From a virus, in IMG/VR virus record IMGVR_UViG_3300047585_000208, positions 73,891-137,890 of that record: DNA of 64,000 bases, one strand, 5' to 3'. Positions 39,497 through 48,528 of the stretch are shown piece by piece. The notes below the pieces were generated by a model. That model had not been told where the DNA came from, did not search any database, and was given only the letters and a program-made list of their open reading frames with translations. How positions within the stretch are numbered: the first letter of the stretch is position 1; each line of letters starts with the position of its first letter. Position numbers and translations under genes: made by a program.

Positions 39497-39541
39497 CTGT
39501 TCTTGCCTCGGCAGAGGCCTTCCGCCGTAAAAGGAGTCATC

Positions 39542-41263
39542 GTGACTACAGCGTGTATCGCGCCGTCTACTGCAGCTTTCAAAAAGCCTCGCAGTAATCG
39601 CCAGTCGAACTCATCAGTCATCTGGTCATATTCTGCGAGTAAGCCTCTTACGAATTTGGACGTTATCGAGGATCAGTTCCATCGTGGGTATCAGCTTCGG
39701 CGTAATCTTGTCAGGCTTGAAAATGACCGCAGGAAAAAGCAGCAAGAACTCAGGCAGAAGACTTATCCAAGGCTCATTGAGCTTGAAGAAGCTTTGATCC
39801 CGATTGAGAAAGAAATTCTCGCGATTGAAGGCGGCATTAAGGTTGCACAGAACTCTGAAACGCTTATTAAGTTGAAGGCCGCGCGAAAGCCGTTTCTGGA
39901 TGAGAAGAGTAAGCTTGAGGTTGACCTTAGCCTTAATCTGGTATTTCAAGGGGCAGCCGGGATTATCGACAATGCATCAGACGTTTTGAAGAATAACGCT
40001 TGTTCTGAAAGCGGGCTCTACCCAGCAAACATTCAGCAAGTTATCCAGACGGTTAAAAGGACAGGGCTAGCTCCGATCATTGAGCCCGAGTACACCGGTG
40101 AAGGAAAAATTGCAGTTTATCTACCAGAGGGGCTGTCTCCGGCAGCTTTGTTTGCCGGGCAAAATCGGCTTATCCGGGTAGACCCTGTACCAGCTACCGC
40201 CTATGGGCCAAGACAACCCCACGAGATTGTTGGGCCGACTATTCCGAATCCACGCCGAACGAAAGCTTTCCTGCGAGTCGGGAGAACTGACGCGGAGGCT
40301 GTTTGGGCTGAAATTCCAGTTTTGCTGCATAGACCGTTCCCAGAGGATTGTGCTATTCGGCAGGTTTGGCTGAGTCGGAAAAAGAGCGGGTATAAGTCTG
40401 AGTGGAAATTGCAGTTCACTTGTTGGCACAATCTTACCCGGAAGCGGGCAGATAAAGGTGTTGTTGGGATTGATTTAGGGTGGCGTAAACTCCCGACTGG
40501 GCTTCGAGTTGCTTATTGGGCTGGAGACGACGGTCAGGCTGGCGAGATTGTTATTCCGAATGCACGAATTCATCAGCTTGATCTTGCAGACAACATCGAT
40601 AGCGAGCGGATTGAGATTTGCGCTGAAGAGACTTTGAATCTCAAAAACTGGATTAGCAACCATGCCGTTCCTAATTGGTTGACTGTAGATAGTGTTCCTG
40701 AGACGCTCAAAGGGCTTTTTGATATGGTGTCTGCTTGGATGAGTAATCGATTTGCAGGTGACGAAGCAATTTTCGATCAGCTTATGGCTTGGCGTAAGGA
40801 AGAGATGAAACTCGCTAATTGGGCAGCTAATCAAAGGAAGAACTTCCAAAATTGGCGCAAGCAGTTTTTCCTGGATCACGTTAGCGATTCAAGAGCGGTT
40901 GGTGCCTTTGCAAAGCTTGCGCAGCGATACCGAACTGCGGTTGTTGAAGATAATCGGCATACACCCCCAAGGCTGAAGGTTCAAGATCGGGGCTTCTCAG
41001 AGAAAGAGCGTGTACAATATCGAAATATTGCTGGTGTGGGGTTGTTTAGCGATATTCTTCGGGACCGCTTGATTGTTAAAGCTGTCCAGGTTCAAAATGC
41101 TGCGGTTATGTGCCATGAGTGCCACCGCATCTGCAAGTGGGAGCAGGTTGAGCTGAAGCATAAGTGTGAGCATCCGGGCTGTCGGGCTGAGTGGGATCAA
41201 GATTACAACACGAGTAGGAATTTGCTTGCAATCGGTCTTGAAGAGGAAGATAGGGCTGAGTAA
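39542..41263 (+). CDS. cas12m: Cas12m-like (type V-U1 / TnpB-derived) RNA-guided effector
   Basis: Q......LR..LV.LE N-terminus with coiled coil, GLY, G.G.IAV.L, W.EIPV.LHRP.P.D..I, GIDLGWR....G.RVA.W, VVED, CHEC...C..C..WDQD.N..RNLL. Motif order matches Cas12m as I recall it; AAGGAG then GTG. Confidence 0.75.
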   Translation: MTTACIAPSTAAFKKPRSNRQSNSSVIWSYSASKPLTNLDVIEDQFHRGYQLRRNLVRLENDRRKKQQELRQKTYPRLIELEEALIPIEKEILAIEGGIKVAQNSETLIKLKAARKPFLDEKSKLEVDLSLNLVFQGAAGIIDNASDVLKNNACSESGLYPANIQQVIQTVKRTGLAPIIEPEYTGEGKIAVYLPEGLSPAALFAGQNRLIRVDPVPATAYGPRQPHEIVGPTIPNPRRTKAFLRVGRTDAEAVWAEIPVLLHRPFPEDCAIRQVWLSRKKSGYKSEWKLQFTCWHNLTRKRADKGVVGIDLGWRKLPTGLRVAYWAGDDGQAGEIVIPNARIHQLDLADNIDSERIEICAEETLNLKNWISNHAVPNWLTVDSVPETLKGLFDMVSAWMSNRFAGDEAIFDQLMAWRKEEMKLANWAANQRKNFQNWRKQFFLDHVSDSRAVGAFAKLAQRYRTAVVEDNRHTPPRLKVQDRGFSEKERVQYRNIAGVGLFSDILRDRLIVKAVQVQNAAVMCHECHRICKWEQVELKHKCEHPGCRAEWDQDYNTSRNLLAIGLEEEDRAE

Positions 41264-41339
41264 TGCATTACTCAAATGCCACAGCAGAGGCTAAAGTATC
41301 TGCTGGACTTTCAACTCCTTCTAATTGCATGAGCTGATT

Positions 41340-43280
41340 ATGAGCCAGGGTTCTTTCGGTGGAATTTCGTCGTACTCCGGTCTTAACTCTGGGCAATTTC
41401 CATCTCCGTGGTGGGACTATGCTTCGACTGAATTCCCCGAAACGATGCAGTTGGCTCTAAGGTATTGTGAATACATTTTTATAAAGAACGGGATTTACCG
41501 GTCAGCCGTTGATAGACTTCTCTCTTATTTCATTACAGACCTCGACATTTCCGGACCAAAGCTTGGGGAAGACGAGGAAGAGCAGTGGAAGGCCTTTTTC
41601 TATAACGATCTTAGTTACCAGAGCGTTTTACACACAGCTGGCCTAGACGGAGAATGCTACGGCAATTACTTCTGCTCAGTCCTTCCGACTTTTAAGCGTT
41701 TCCTTTCTTGTCCGAAGTGTTTTTACGAAGCGCCACTTCGACGAATCTACAACGACCCGACATTCGCTTTTAAGTGGTCTGACTTTACCCCAAATGCTTT
41801 TTGCCCTCGATGCAAGACGACGGGCAAATGGAGTATGATTGATCGCCGTACTAGCGAGAATGGCGGGTTTTACATTAAGCGATGGAATCCGCATGAGATG
41901 GAGCTTCTTTGGGACCCGCTCACGGATCAGTGTTCGTACATCTGGAAAGTTCCAGAAGATTACCGCAGAATGATCCGTGAAGGCCACCTCTACCACCTTG
42001 AGCGGGCAACCAAAGAAGTTATTCAAGCAGTAAAGCACAACAACTATATCCTTTTCGATAAAGATATGGTTTATCACATGCGGGTAGACGCTCTGGCTGG
42101 AGTTCGAAACAGAGGTTGGGGAATTTCAAAGGTATTGTCGAACTTCAGTCAGGCGTTTTATGTTCAGGTACTCCACCGCTACAATGAGGCTATTGCGCTT
42201 GACTATGTGATCCCGTTTAGGGTCATTACGCCGGCTCCAGGTGACAAAGGAAGCGGCATTGACCCAATTCTTAGCCAAAACCTTGGCAGTATGGGTGCAC
42301 AAGTTAACGCAATGCTTCGTCGTAGACGGCGCGACCCTGCGAGCTGGCATTTCCTTCCTTTTCCGGTTAATTACACAGCGCTTGGCGGCGACGCTAATAA
42401 GCTTGCGCCGTCAGATCTCCTTAAGCTCGGTCGTGAGGATCTTCTCGACAACATCGGTGTTCCGGTTGAACTCTTTAAGGGAACAATGCAGCTACAAGCT
42501 GCTCCAGTTGCTTTGCGGCTTATGGAAGCTGTTCATGCTTCTATTCCGAGGAACCTTAACGGGCTACTTAAGTTCATTACCAAGAAGGTCAGCGCTATCA
42601 AGGGCTGGGTTAAAGCAGACGTTAGGCTAGCTCGTGTTACTCACGCAGACGATCTTAATAGGCAGCAAGCTAAGCTGCAGCTAATGATGGGTGGCCAGAT
42701 TAGTGCCACTACCGGTCTCAAGAGTATTGGCCTAGAGTACCGTGATGAAGTTAAGCGCCAGATGGACGATCAGCACTTTCAAGCTGAAGAGCAAAGCAAG
42801 CTTAAAGAAGAGATGGGGCAAGCTGCAACAATGGAGCAGCTTATCCAATCTCCTCCAGGTGGTGGTGCTCCTGGACAACCTGGTCAGCCTGGACAACAGC
42901 AAGGAGGTGCTCCACAGCAAGGTGGGCAAGGTCAGCCGCAAGGTCAAGGTGGCCCAGCTGCTGGGGCTTATCAATCTGTAACAGCTAATCTTCCGACTGG
43001 TCCTAATGAAAAGGTTAGTCCGGAAGAAATGCAAGAAAAGGCGCAGTATATTTCACAGCAGCTTATGGGCATGGACGCTGGCCAGCGCCAAAGTGAGCTC
43101 AGGAAGCTCAAGCAGGTTGACCCGACTATGCATTCGATTGTTACAGCGTTTATGCGAGATTTGCGGCAGCAAGCTCAGCGGCAAGGCGGAGCTCAGGTAT
43201 TGGCGCAGCAATTTGGAAAATCTGGTGTATGGAAAAATGGATTACTTGGGGTGCCTCACCCAGTTAAGCCTGAAGTTTGA
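41340..43280 (+). CDS. Probable phage portal protein with zinc-ribbon insertion
   Basis: YRSAVDRLLSYF, YGNYF, CPKC/CPRC insert, IKRWNP, VYH.R, GWGIS, IGVP.E and Q/G-rich tail, typical of large-phage portals. Confidence 0.65.
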   Translation: MSQGSFGGISSYSGLNSGQFPSPWWDYASTEFPETMQLALRYCEYIFIKNGIYRSAVDRLLSYFITDLDISGPKLGEDEEEQWKAFFYNDLSYQSVLHTAGLDGECYGNYFCSVLPTFKRFLSCPKCFYEAPLRRIYNDPTFAFKWSDFTPNAFCPRCKTTGKWSMIDRRTSENGGFYIKRWNPHEMELLWDPLTDQCSYIWKVPEDYRRMIREGHLYHLERATKEVIQAVKHNNYILFDKDMVYHMRVDALAGVRNRGWGISKVLSNFSQAFYVQVLHRYNEAIALDYVIPFRVITPAPGDKGSGIDPILSQNLGSMGAQVNAMLRRRRRDPASWHFLPFPVNYTALGGDANKLAPSDLLKLGREDLLDNIGVPVELFKGTMQLQAAPVALRLMEAVHASIPRNLNGLLKFITKKVSAIKGWVKADVRLARVTHADDLNRQQAKLQLMMGGQISATTGLKSIGLEYRDEVKRQMDDQHFQAEEQSKLKEEMGQAATMEQLIQSPPGGGAPGQPGQPGQQQGGAPQQGGQGQPQGQGGPAAGAYQSVTANLPTGPNEKVSPEEMQEKAQYISQQLMGMDAGQRQSELRKLKQVDPTMHSIVTAFMRDLRQQAQRQGGAQVLAQQFGKSGVWKNGLLGVPHPVKPEV

Positions 43281-43325
43281 TACAGTAAGTCGAGGTTGTT
43301 TTACTTTCTTTAAACGGAGTTAAGG

Positions 43326-44309
43326 ATGAAGCGTGTTCTGGTTTGCATCGGCCTTGTTTTGTTTTGTGTCGCCTCTACTGGTTTGGCCGCTCAGCAGCCG
43401 ACCACGAAAGTCCCGGATTTGGCTTTTGATAAACTTGTCCAAAGCCTGATTGGGGTGTCTGTTACTGTCGTTACTCCTCGTGGTGAGGGTAGCGGCGTTG
43501 TTAAGACTCGTAAGGTTGACGGAGTTTCGACGAATTTCATTTGGACCGCCGCTCACGTTGTGGCGGGGCTCAGGCACGAACGTTCTATTGTTGACGGCAA
43601 GAGCGGTTCGTCTAAGACGGTCGTAGAGTTCGACGACGCCAAGATCGTCAAAGAGCTCGTTAAAGCCGGTCGAATTACCGGCGAGTCAGCGATGTTTGCT
43701 GAAGTTATCCGCTATAGCGCAGACGAAGATCTCGCGCTTTTGCGTTTGCGTGAAGATGACTTCTTCAAAACTGACGCTGAATTTTATTTGGAAGAGAAAA
43801 ATGGTAAGCCTGTTCTGCCATCGATCGGAACTAGGCTTATCCACATCGGGTCGCTGCTCGGGCAATTTGGCTCAAATAGCTACACCTCCGGCGATCTGTC
43901 GTACCAAGGCCGGCTGTTGAATAAGGTCGTGTTTGATCAAACGACTGTTCCAGCTTATCCAGGTAGTTCTGGTGGTGGCGTATATACAGCTTCGGATGGT
44001 CGCTGTATTGGCTTGATCTTGCGAGGTGCTGGTGAAACCTTCAACCTGATTGCGCCGACTCGCAGGATTCACGACTGGGCTAAGAAAGCTGGTGTTGAGT
44101 GGGCTATGACCGCTAAAGCAGCTATGCCGACAGCGGCTGATCTTGCTCGTATGCCCATTGAGGACAACGGAATTAGCTTTGTCTATTCCGTTCAGCCCGG
44201 TAAGGCTGATAAAGAAAGCTTCATCGGCGAAGGTCAGCAGTACTATCTCGGTAATCGCGCGGCTGAATTGGCTCTGCCTACTTACTTTAATCTGTCACCC
44301 AAGAACTAA
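43326..44309 (+). CDS. Secreted trypsin-like serine protease
   Basis: Signal peptide; GSG, TAAHVV, DLALL and PGSSGGG. Confidence 0.9.
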   Translation: MKRVLVCIGLVLFCVASTGLAAQQPTTKVPDLAFDKLVQSLIGVSVTVVTPRGEGSGVVKTRKVDGVSTNFIWTAAHVVAGLRHERSIVDGKSGSSKTVVEFDDAKIVKELVKAGRITGESAMFAEVIRYSADEDLALLRLREDDFFKTDAEFYLEEKNGKPVLPSIGTRLIHIGSLLGQFGSNSYTSGDLSYQGRLLNKVVFDQTTVPAYPGSSGGGVYTASDGRCIGLILRGAGETFNLIAPTRRIHDWAKKAGVEWAMTAKAAMPTAADLARMPIEDNGISFVYSVQPGKADKESFIGEGQQYYLGNRAAELALPTYFNLSPKN

Positions 44310-45377
44310 ATGCGGGTTGGCTTTTATTCTTACTGGGGTCTAGGGGATTCATCCGATTTGGCGATCCGCCTTGCAGAGCGTCTCTTAGACCTCGGGATTG
44401 ATATATCGATTTTTCCAACGAATCGACGCCCTAAGCCGCTTCATTTTGCTCTGGACAAGTTTGTAGTTAGAAACAGCGAATCGTTCTCTAGTTGGGCCAG
44501 GACTGGGCAGTTTAGCCATCTTATCTTTGGCGATATGCCCAGTCCTGAGATTTTAAAGTCAATTTCTCAGCCGCAAGACAAGTTCTCTTCAGCGCCCGCC
44601 GAAACATACCTGCTCTGCAATTGGTCTGATTTAAACGAAACAGACGTTCGGCATCTCCATAAGTTGACCGGGGTTATAGCCCCAGCTAAAGCTGTGGCAG
44701 CGCTCTTGTCTAAAAGGGTTAAGCTTCAAAACATCCGGTTACTCCCTTGGGACGCTGGAGTTCCTGTTGCGAGTCGCTCTGACTCTATAAGTCCTTCTGT
44801 CATTCGGCTGTTTTGGCCAGTTACGGTTAATCAGAAGCTTTCTGCGGATAAAGATTTCACAGCGCTACTTGGGCGAGTTTTGAAGGCTCATCCAGTTGTA
44901 AAGTTGACGGTTAGCTGCTCTGGGCATGCCCCTAGTAAGCTTGCTGAAGGTTTTCAGCACTTGCATGTGGTAGCTGGCGATCGGGTTAAGCTACTTAAAG
45001 ATCTGACTTCGGAGAAAGAAGCGGTGGTTTGTGGGCAGAGCGATCTAACGCTTTGGCCGAGCCTCATTGAGAATACGGGACTTGTAGGACTGACATCATT
45101 GGCGATGGATACCCCGGTTTTGGCGTTTGCTCATCCGGTTATTGAAGAAGTGGTTAGAGATGGGCTTAATGGAAGTTTGATTCCTTGTGTACTGAATTAC
45201 AACTGGCTTGGTGTTCCTAGGGTTGAGCCAGATTGGACGGCTTTCGAGTCATGGCTTACTAGGTTAATTGCTAGGCCAGAGCTTTTAACAGCGCTTAGGC
45301 TGACTGCCCATTTAAGGATGGTTGAGCGACGGATGAAGTGGTTGGCCGGGGTGGATGAGTTATTTCTAACTGAATAA
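44310..45377 (+). CDS. GT-B fold glycosyltransferase (GT4-like)
   Basis: SDLTLWPSLIENTGLVGLTSLAMDTPVLA...EVVRDGLNGSLI. Confidence 0.8.
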   Translation: MRVGFYSYWGLGDSSDLAIRLAERLLDLGIDISIFPTNRRPKPLHFALDKFVVRNSESFSSWARTGQFSHLIFGDMPSPEILKSISQPQDKFSSAPAETYLLCNWSDLNETDVRHLHKLTGVIAPAKAVAALLSKRVKLQNIRLLPWDAGVPVASRSDSISPSVIRLFWPVTVNQKLSADKDFTALLGRVLKAHPVVKLTVSCSGHAPSKLAEGFQHLHVVAGDRVKLLKDLTSEKEAVVCGQSDLTLWPSLIENTGLVGLTSLAMDTPVLAFAHPVIEEVVRDGLNGSLIPCVLNYNWLGVPRVEPDWTAFESWLTRLIARPELLTALRLTAHLRMVERRMKWLAGVDELFLTE

Positions 45378-45389
45378 GGAGGGCAATTT

Positions 45390-45629
45390 ATGCCGTTTGA
45401 TTACGGTGTAGAGCCTATCAAGAAGCTAGGGGATATGTCTGGTTGTGGGAGCGGAGCTGGTAATGGTATAGAGGAGCATGTTTTTGGTTCTGCTTTTACA
45501 CATGGCTATCTTGGATTTTTTAGCCAGCGGTTTTATGGCTACTATCCAACTGGTTACGGGTTTACGTATGGGCCAGATTTGCGGGTTGATGAATTCGGGA
45601 CAGGCACAGACTGTGGATTCGTTAAGTAA
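45390..45629 (+). CDS. Small Gly-rich (GxG repeat) protein
   Basis: AAGGAGG RBS; GCGSGAGNG, GYG and GTGTDCG. Confidence 0.62.
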   Translation: MPFDYGVEPIKKLGDMSGCGSGAGNGIEEHVFGSAFTHGYLGFFSQRFYGYYPTGYGFTYGPDLRVDEFGTGTDCGFVK

Positions 45630-45636
45630 ATTGCTA

Positions 45637-45665
45637 TTGACAGCCGGCTGGAATTATGGTAGGCT
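45637..45665 (+). promoter_or_regulatory. Sigma70-like promoter just upstream of a palindrome
   Basis: TTGACA-N17-TAGGCT; palindrome starts at 45677. Confidence 0.5.
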
Positions 45666-45709
45666 TCTTCCTGAGTTGAGTAATGCATTACTCAGAAGGA
45701 GCACTGGCA

Positions 45710-46339
45710 ATGCAGCTTACATGCGACGAGATTGAATTTTCTCAGCTTCACGATGTCTTAAACTGGGAAGAAGCTCAAAGCTTAGCCCGGTCTGCCCACG
45801 CTACCCAAACACATCTAGACGGAGAAAGCAAGCTTACTCATGTTTATGCAGTTAGCGAGCTCGCAAAGGGCTATGCTTTGTACGTCTACGGCTTAAGAGC
45901 CGGATTTGAGAAAAAGTATTTAGTAGAAGTTTGCCGAATCGGTGGGCTTCTCCACGAGGTTGTAGCAAGCGGAATTGACTTTGAAAGGCTGACTCAGGCC
46001 GCGGATAAAGCTGTAACTGAGCTGGTTGTAGCGATTACGCCAGACATTCGCCTTCCAAGGCCAAAGCGCTTTTACATGTACAACAACCAGGTAGGTCTGG
46101 CTGATGACACAGCGCAAATAGTGGCTTTGGCAGATTTGCGGCACACAGTTACTAGTGTGGCTAAGATAGCTAAGTTGAAATCGTTCTCGTGGCAGACACT
46201 TAATGAGTACACTAGGGAAATGCGGGAGATGCTCAGCGTCTTCTACAGGATAGAAAAAGAGCCCAAGATCGCAGCTATCCTTCGGGAGATTAAGGCGTCG
46301 ATTAAAGCGATTGAAGTAGTTGGCCAAACCAAACGGTGA
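45710..46339 (+). CDS. Degenerate HD-domain protein (SpoT/Mesh1 hydrolase-like)
   Basis: A..LA..AH..Q, H...V, GLLHEVV (HD changed to HE), V.ELV.AIT and VALAD..H. Confidence 0.65.
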   Translation: MQLTCDEIEFSQLHDVLNWEEAQSLARSAHATQTHLDGESKLTHVYAVSELAKGYALYVYGLRAGFEKKYLVEVCRIGGLLHEVVASGIDFERLTQAADKAVTELVVAITPDIRLPRPKRFYMYNNQVGLADDTAQIVALADLRHTVTSVAKIAKLKSFSWQTLNEYTREMREMLSVFYRIEKEPKIAAILREIKASIKAIEVVGQTKR

Positions 46340-46668
46340 TTATGTATCAGAATCTTTTTGACTTTCTTTTTGAGCTTTATCAAAAGAAGCAGTTTTTTAT
46401 GGACAGCGCGACCAAAGCTAGTTATTTAGCAGTTGCGCGAGGGTTTGTTGGCTTTTGTAAGCAGCAGCTTCAAGAAAATCCTCCAGTCAATACGACTGTA
46501 GCAGAGTCCGGTTTTGCGTTTAGGCTACAAGACGGGCAGGTGCTGCAGCTAAATTCTGCTACACCGAACGAGAATAAGTTTTACGAGGCAAGTATCAGCA
46601 CAACCAAAAGTAGCCAAATGCCTCACGAGATGCCCGATAGCAGAGTCGTCAATATTACAGGGATGTAA
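46336..46668 (+). CDS. Hypothetical protein
   Basis: Overlaps the upstream stop. Confidence 0.55.
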   Translation: MIMYQNLFDFLFELYQKKQFFMDSATKASYLAVARGFVGFCKQQLQENPPVNTTVAESGFAFRLQDGQVLQLNSATPNENKFYEASISTTKSSQMPHEMPDSRVVNITGM

Positions 46669-46670
46669 AC

Positions 46671-47438
46671 ATGAACATTCGAGTTTACGTGGACAAGGTT
46701 GCAGCGCTTAAGGCCGGGACTGATCAGCATGGATATATGATCATTCCCATCCCAGCGCAGCTTATTTCGGTAGACCGCCGGAATATTCTTGCGAGATTTC
46801 CTTGCGCGACCAATGAGAACGTGGTTACAGCGGATTTCTATTTGGATGACGAATCTCATCTTGCCAAGCATCATGATCTTGGTGGACTACTCGAATTTGA
46901 CCATTCGCCTAGTTGTAACGATGTCTTTGACGCCCTGGATCAAGTCGGAGCTCGCCTTGCAGATATTGAGCGAGGTAGAGGTAAAATGCGCACTTGGGCT
47001 GAAGAGAATGGCTCAGACGCGCTTAAATCTTTGATAGCAAACAATCTTGAGTGGGAAGAGCTTGCAGCAGAAGAACTGGTGCAAGCTAACATTGAGGCAT
47101 TAGAGCTTGGGCTCCAGCCAGCTGGCTGTAGTGAAGAGCGTGGGCACTGCCTTATGTATACGGATAAAGAGCGGCTGTCTCCGGAAGAGACTCAGTTTTT
47201 GCAAACTGTGATTGACAGAGTGCAAGAAGTTTCAGAGATTTCTCCTGGTAGTCTCCCGGTTAAAGTTGAACCGGTTGAGGCGCTTTATGTGCAGCCGCAT
47301 GATTGTCAGCCTGATGGGTGTTGTCCAGTTTGTATGAATGCAGACTCAATTGAAGAGAATTGGCGATCTGAGATTCGGATGACTTTTAGGTTGCCAGACC
47401 GCAGTTTGTTTGATGAGTTCTTTATTTTGGAAGCCTAA
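46671..47438 (+). CDS. Hypothetical acidic protein
   Basis: 255 aa; followed by a terminator. Confidence 0.65.
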   Translation: MNIRVYVDKVAALKAGTDQHGYMIIPIPAQLISVDRRNILARFPCATNENVVTADFYLDDESHLAKHHDLGGLLEFDHSPSCNDVFDALDQVGARLADIERGRGKMRTWAEENGSDALKSLIANNLEWEELAAEELVQANIEALELGLQPAGCSEERGHCLMYTDKERLSPEETQFLQTVIDRVQEVSEISPGSLPVKVEPVEALYVQPHDCQPDGCCPVCMNADSIEENWRSEIRMTFRLPDRSLFDEFFILEA

Positions 47439-47461
47439 CTGCCCAATTAGTGTTTAGCATC

Positions 47462-47490
47462 AAGTCCGGGGTCAGCGCCCCGGGCTTTTT
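47462..47490 (+). terminator. Intrinsic terminator
   Basis: CCGGGG...CCCCGG followed by GCTTTTT. Confidence 0.7.
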
Positions 47491-47557
47491 GTTTTGGCGT
47501 GGTTCGCTCGTGTAGTCGCTGGTGCTTATTGGCACTGGCCAACAGAGGAGCAGTATT

Positions 47558-47884
47558 ATGTTAGCGCAGCAGAGCCGTAGTGGTGGCCTGGTTACCACTG
47601 AGCGTAAGGTGAAGTTATGGGGACCTGAAGAAAGATTCCCAGTAGGACCACGAGGTGAAATCGAAGACTTCGTGTCGGCAAAGAGTTTGCCAGAATGGGT
47701 ACAGGATAAGTTGTTTGAGGAGAATTTCCCAAAGAAGGTCGTTGGTGGCAATTTGGTTTACTACCAGGTCTCGCTAGTGCAGAAATGGTACGACATCGAG
47801 TTCGTTAAATTGCCAGACCCAGAAGAACTTCGAAAATCGTATCAACGGTTGCTGGAAATTCTCTATCGCTCTCGTTCGGATTAG
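47558..47884 (+). CDS. Hypothetical protein
   Basis: GAGGAG RBS then ATG 47558. Confidence 0.6.
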   Translation: MLAQQSRSGGLVTTERKVKLWGPEERFPVGPRGEIEDFVSAKSLPEWVQDKLFEENFPKKVVGGNLVYYQVSLVQKWYDIEFVKLPDPEELRKSYQRLLEILYRSRSD

Positions 47885-47924
47885 TTGGACGTCAGTCTGT
47901 AGGCTAAGGACGGCTAACCTGCGC

Positions 47925-47959
47925 GGGGCGGTGAACTTGTGGTTCACCGCCCCATTTTT
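47925..47959 (+). terminator. Intrinsic terminator-like hairpin
   Basis: GGGGCGGTGAAC-TTGTG-GTTCACCGCCCC followed by ATTTTT. Confidence 0.7.
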
Positions 47960-47978
47960 ATTTTCATGGAGATTTCGA

Positions 47979-48434
47979 ATGCTTTTACCAGCCAAAAAGC
48001 CAAGTAAGTTGGCTAGGTTTTTCGCGACGATAGCTGGAGCAGTAGCTATCTGTCATCTAGAGATCAAAAATGCGATTACGAAGTACTTCGGGCTTAACGC
48101 GCTTTGCAAATGCCAGCTTGCTGCGCAAAACCAGATTTTACTTCTTCAATCGCGAGTTAGCGAGTTAGAAGCCACAGCGGCAGTCCAGCAAAACAAACTC
48201 GATGAGCTTGAGCGCCGCTTTGAAAATGCTTTTGACGCCTGGATGCTGGACGAACAAATCAAAGACGAACTCGAAGTTGGAAGAAGTGATACTCTGGACG
48301 GCCTACTGGACACGCTGGAGATTGGTGAAATTAAAATCGGCTCAGACGAGCCGACTAGGGCTCCGTCTCCAGTTGAGCTAGCTTCAAGACAAGAAGACCT
48401 CATTGTTGCGAGCTTGGATGGTGCAGTATCTTAA
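47979..48434 (+). CDS. Hypothetical coiled-coil protein
   Basis: GGAG RBS then ATG 47979. Confidence 0.6.
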   Translation: MLLPAKKPSKLARFFATIAGAVAICHLEIKNAITKYFGLNALCKCQLAAQNQILLLQSRVSELEATAAVQQNKLDELERRFENAFDAWMLDEQIKDELEVGRSDTLDGLLDTLEIGEIKIGSDEPTRAPSPVELASRQEDLIVASLDGAVS

Positions 48435-48528
48435 TCTGAATTTGCAGAGTTGAGTAATGCATTACTCAACTCTGCTACCTTACAATAATGAATAGGGGTC
48501 GATTTGTTATTTGTAGCCGGTGAGAACT

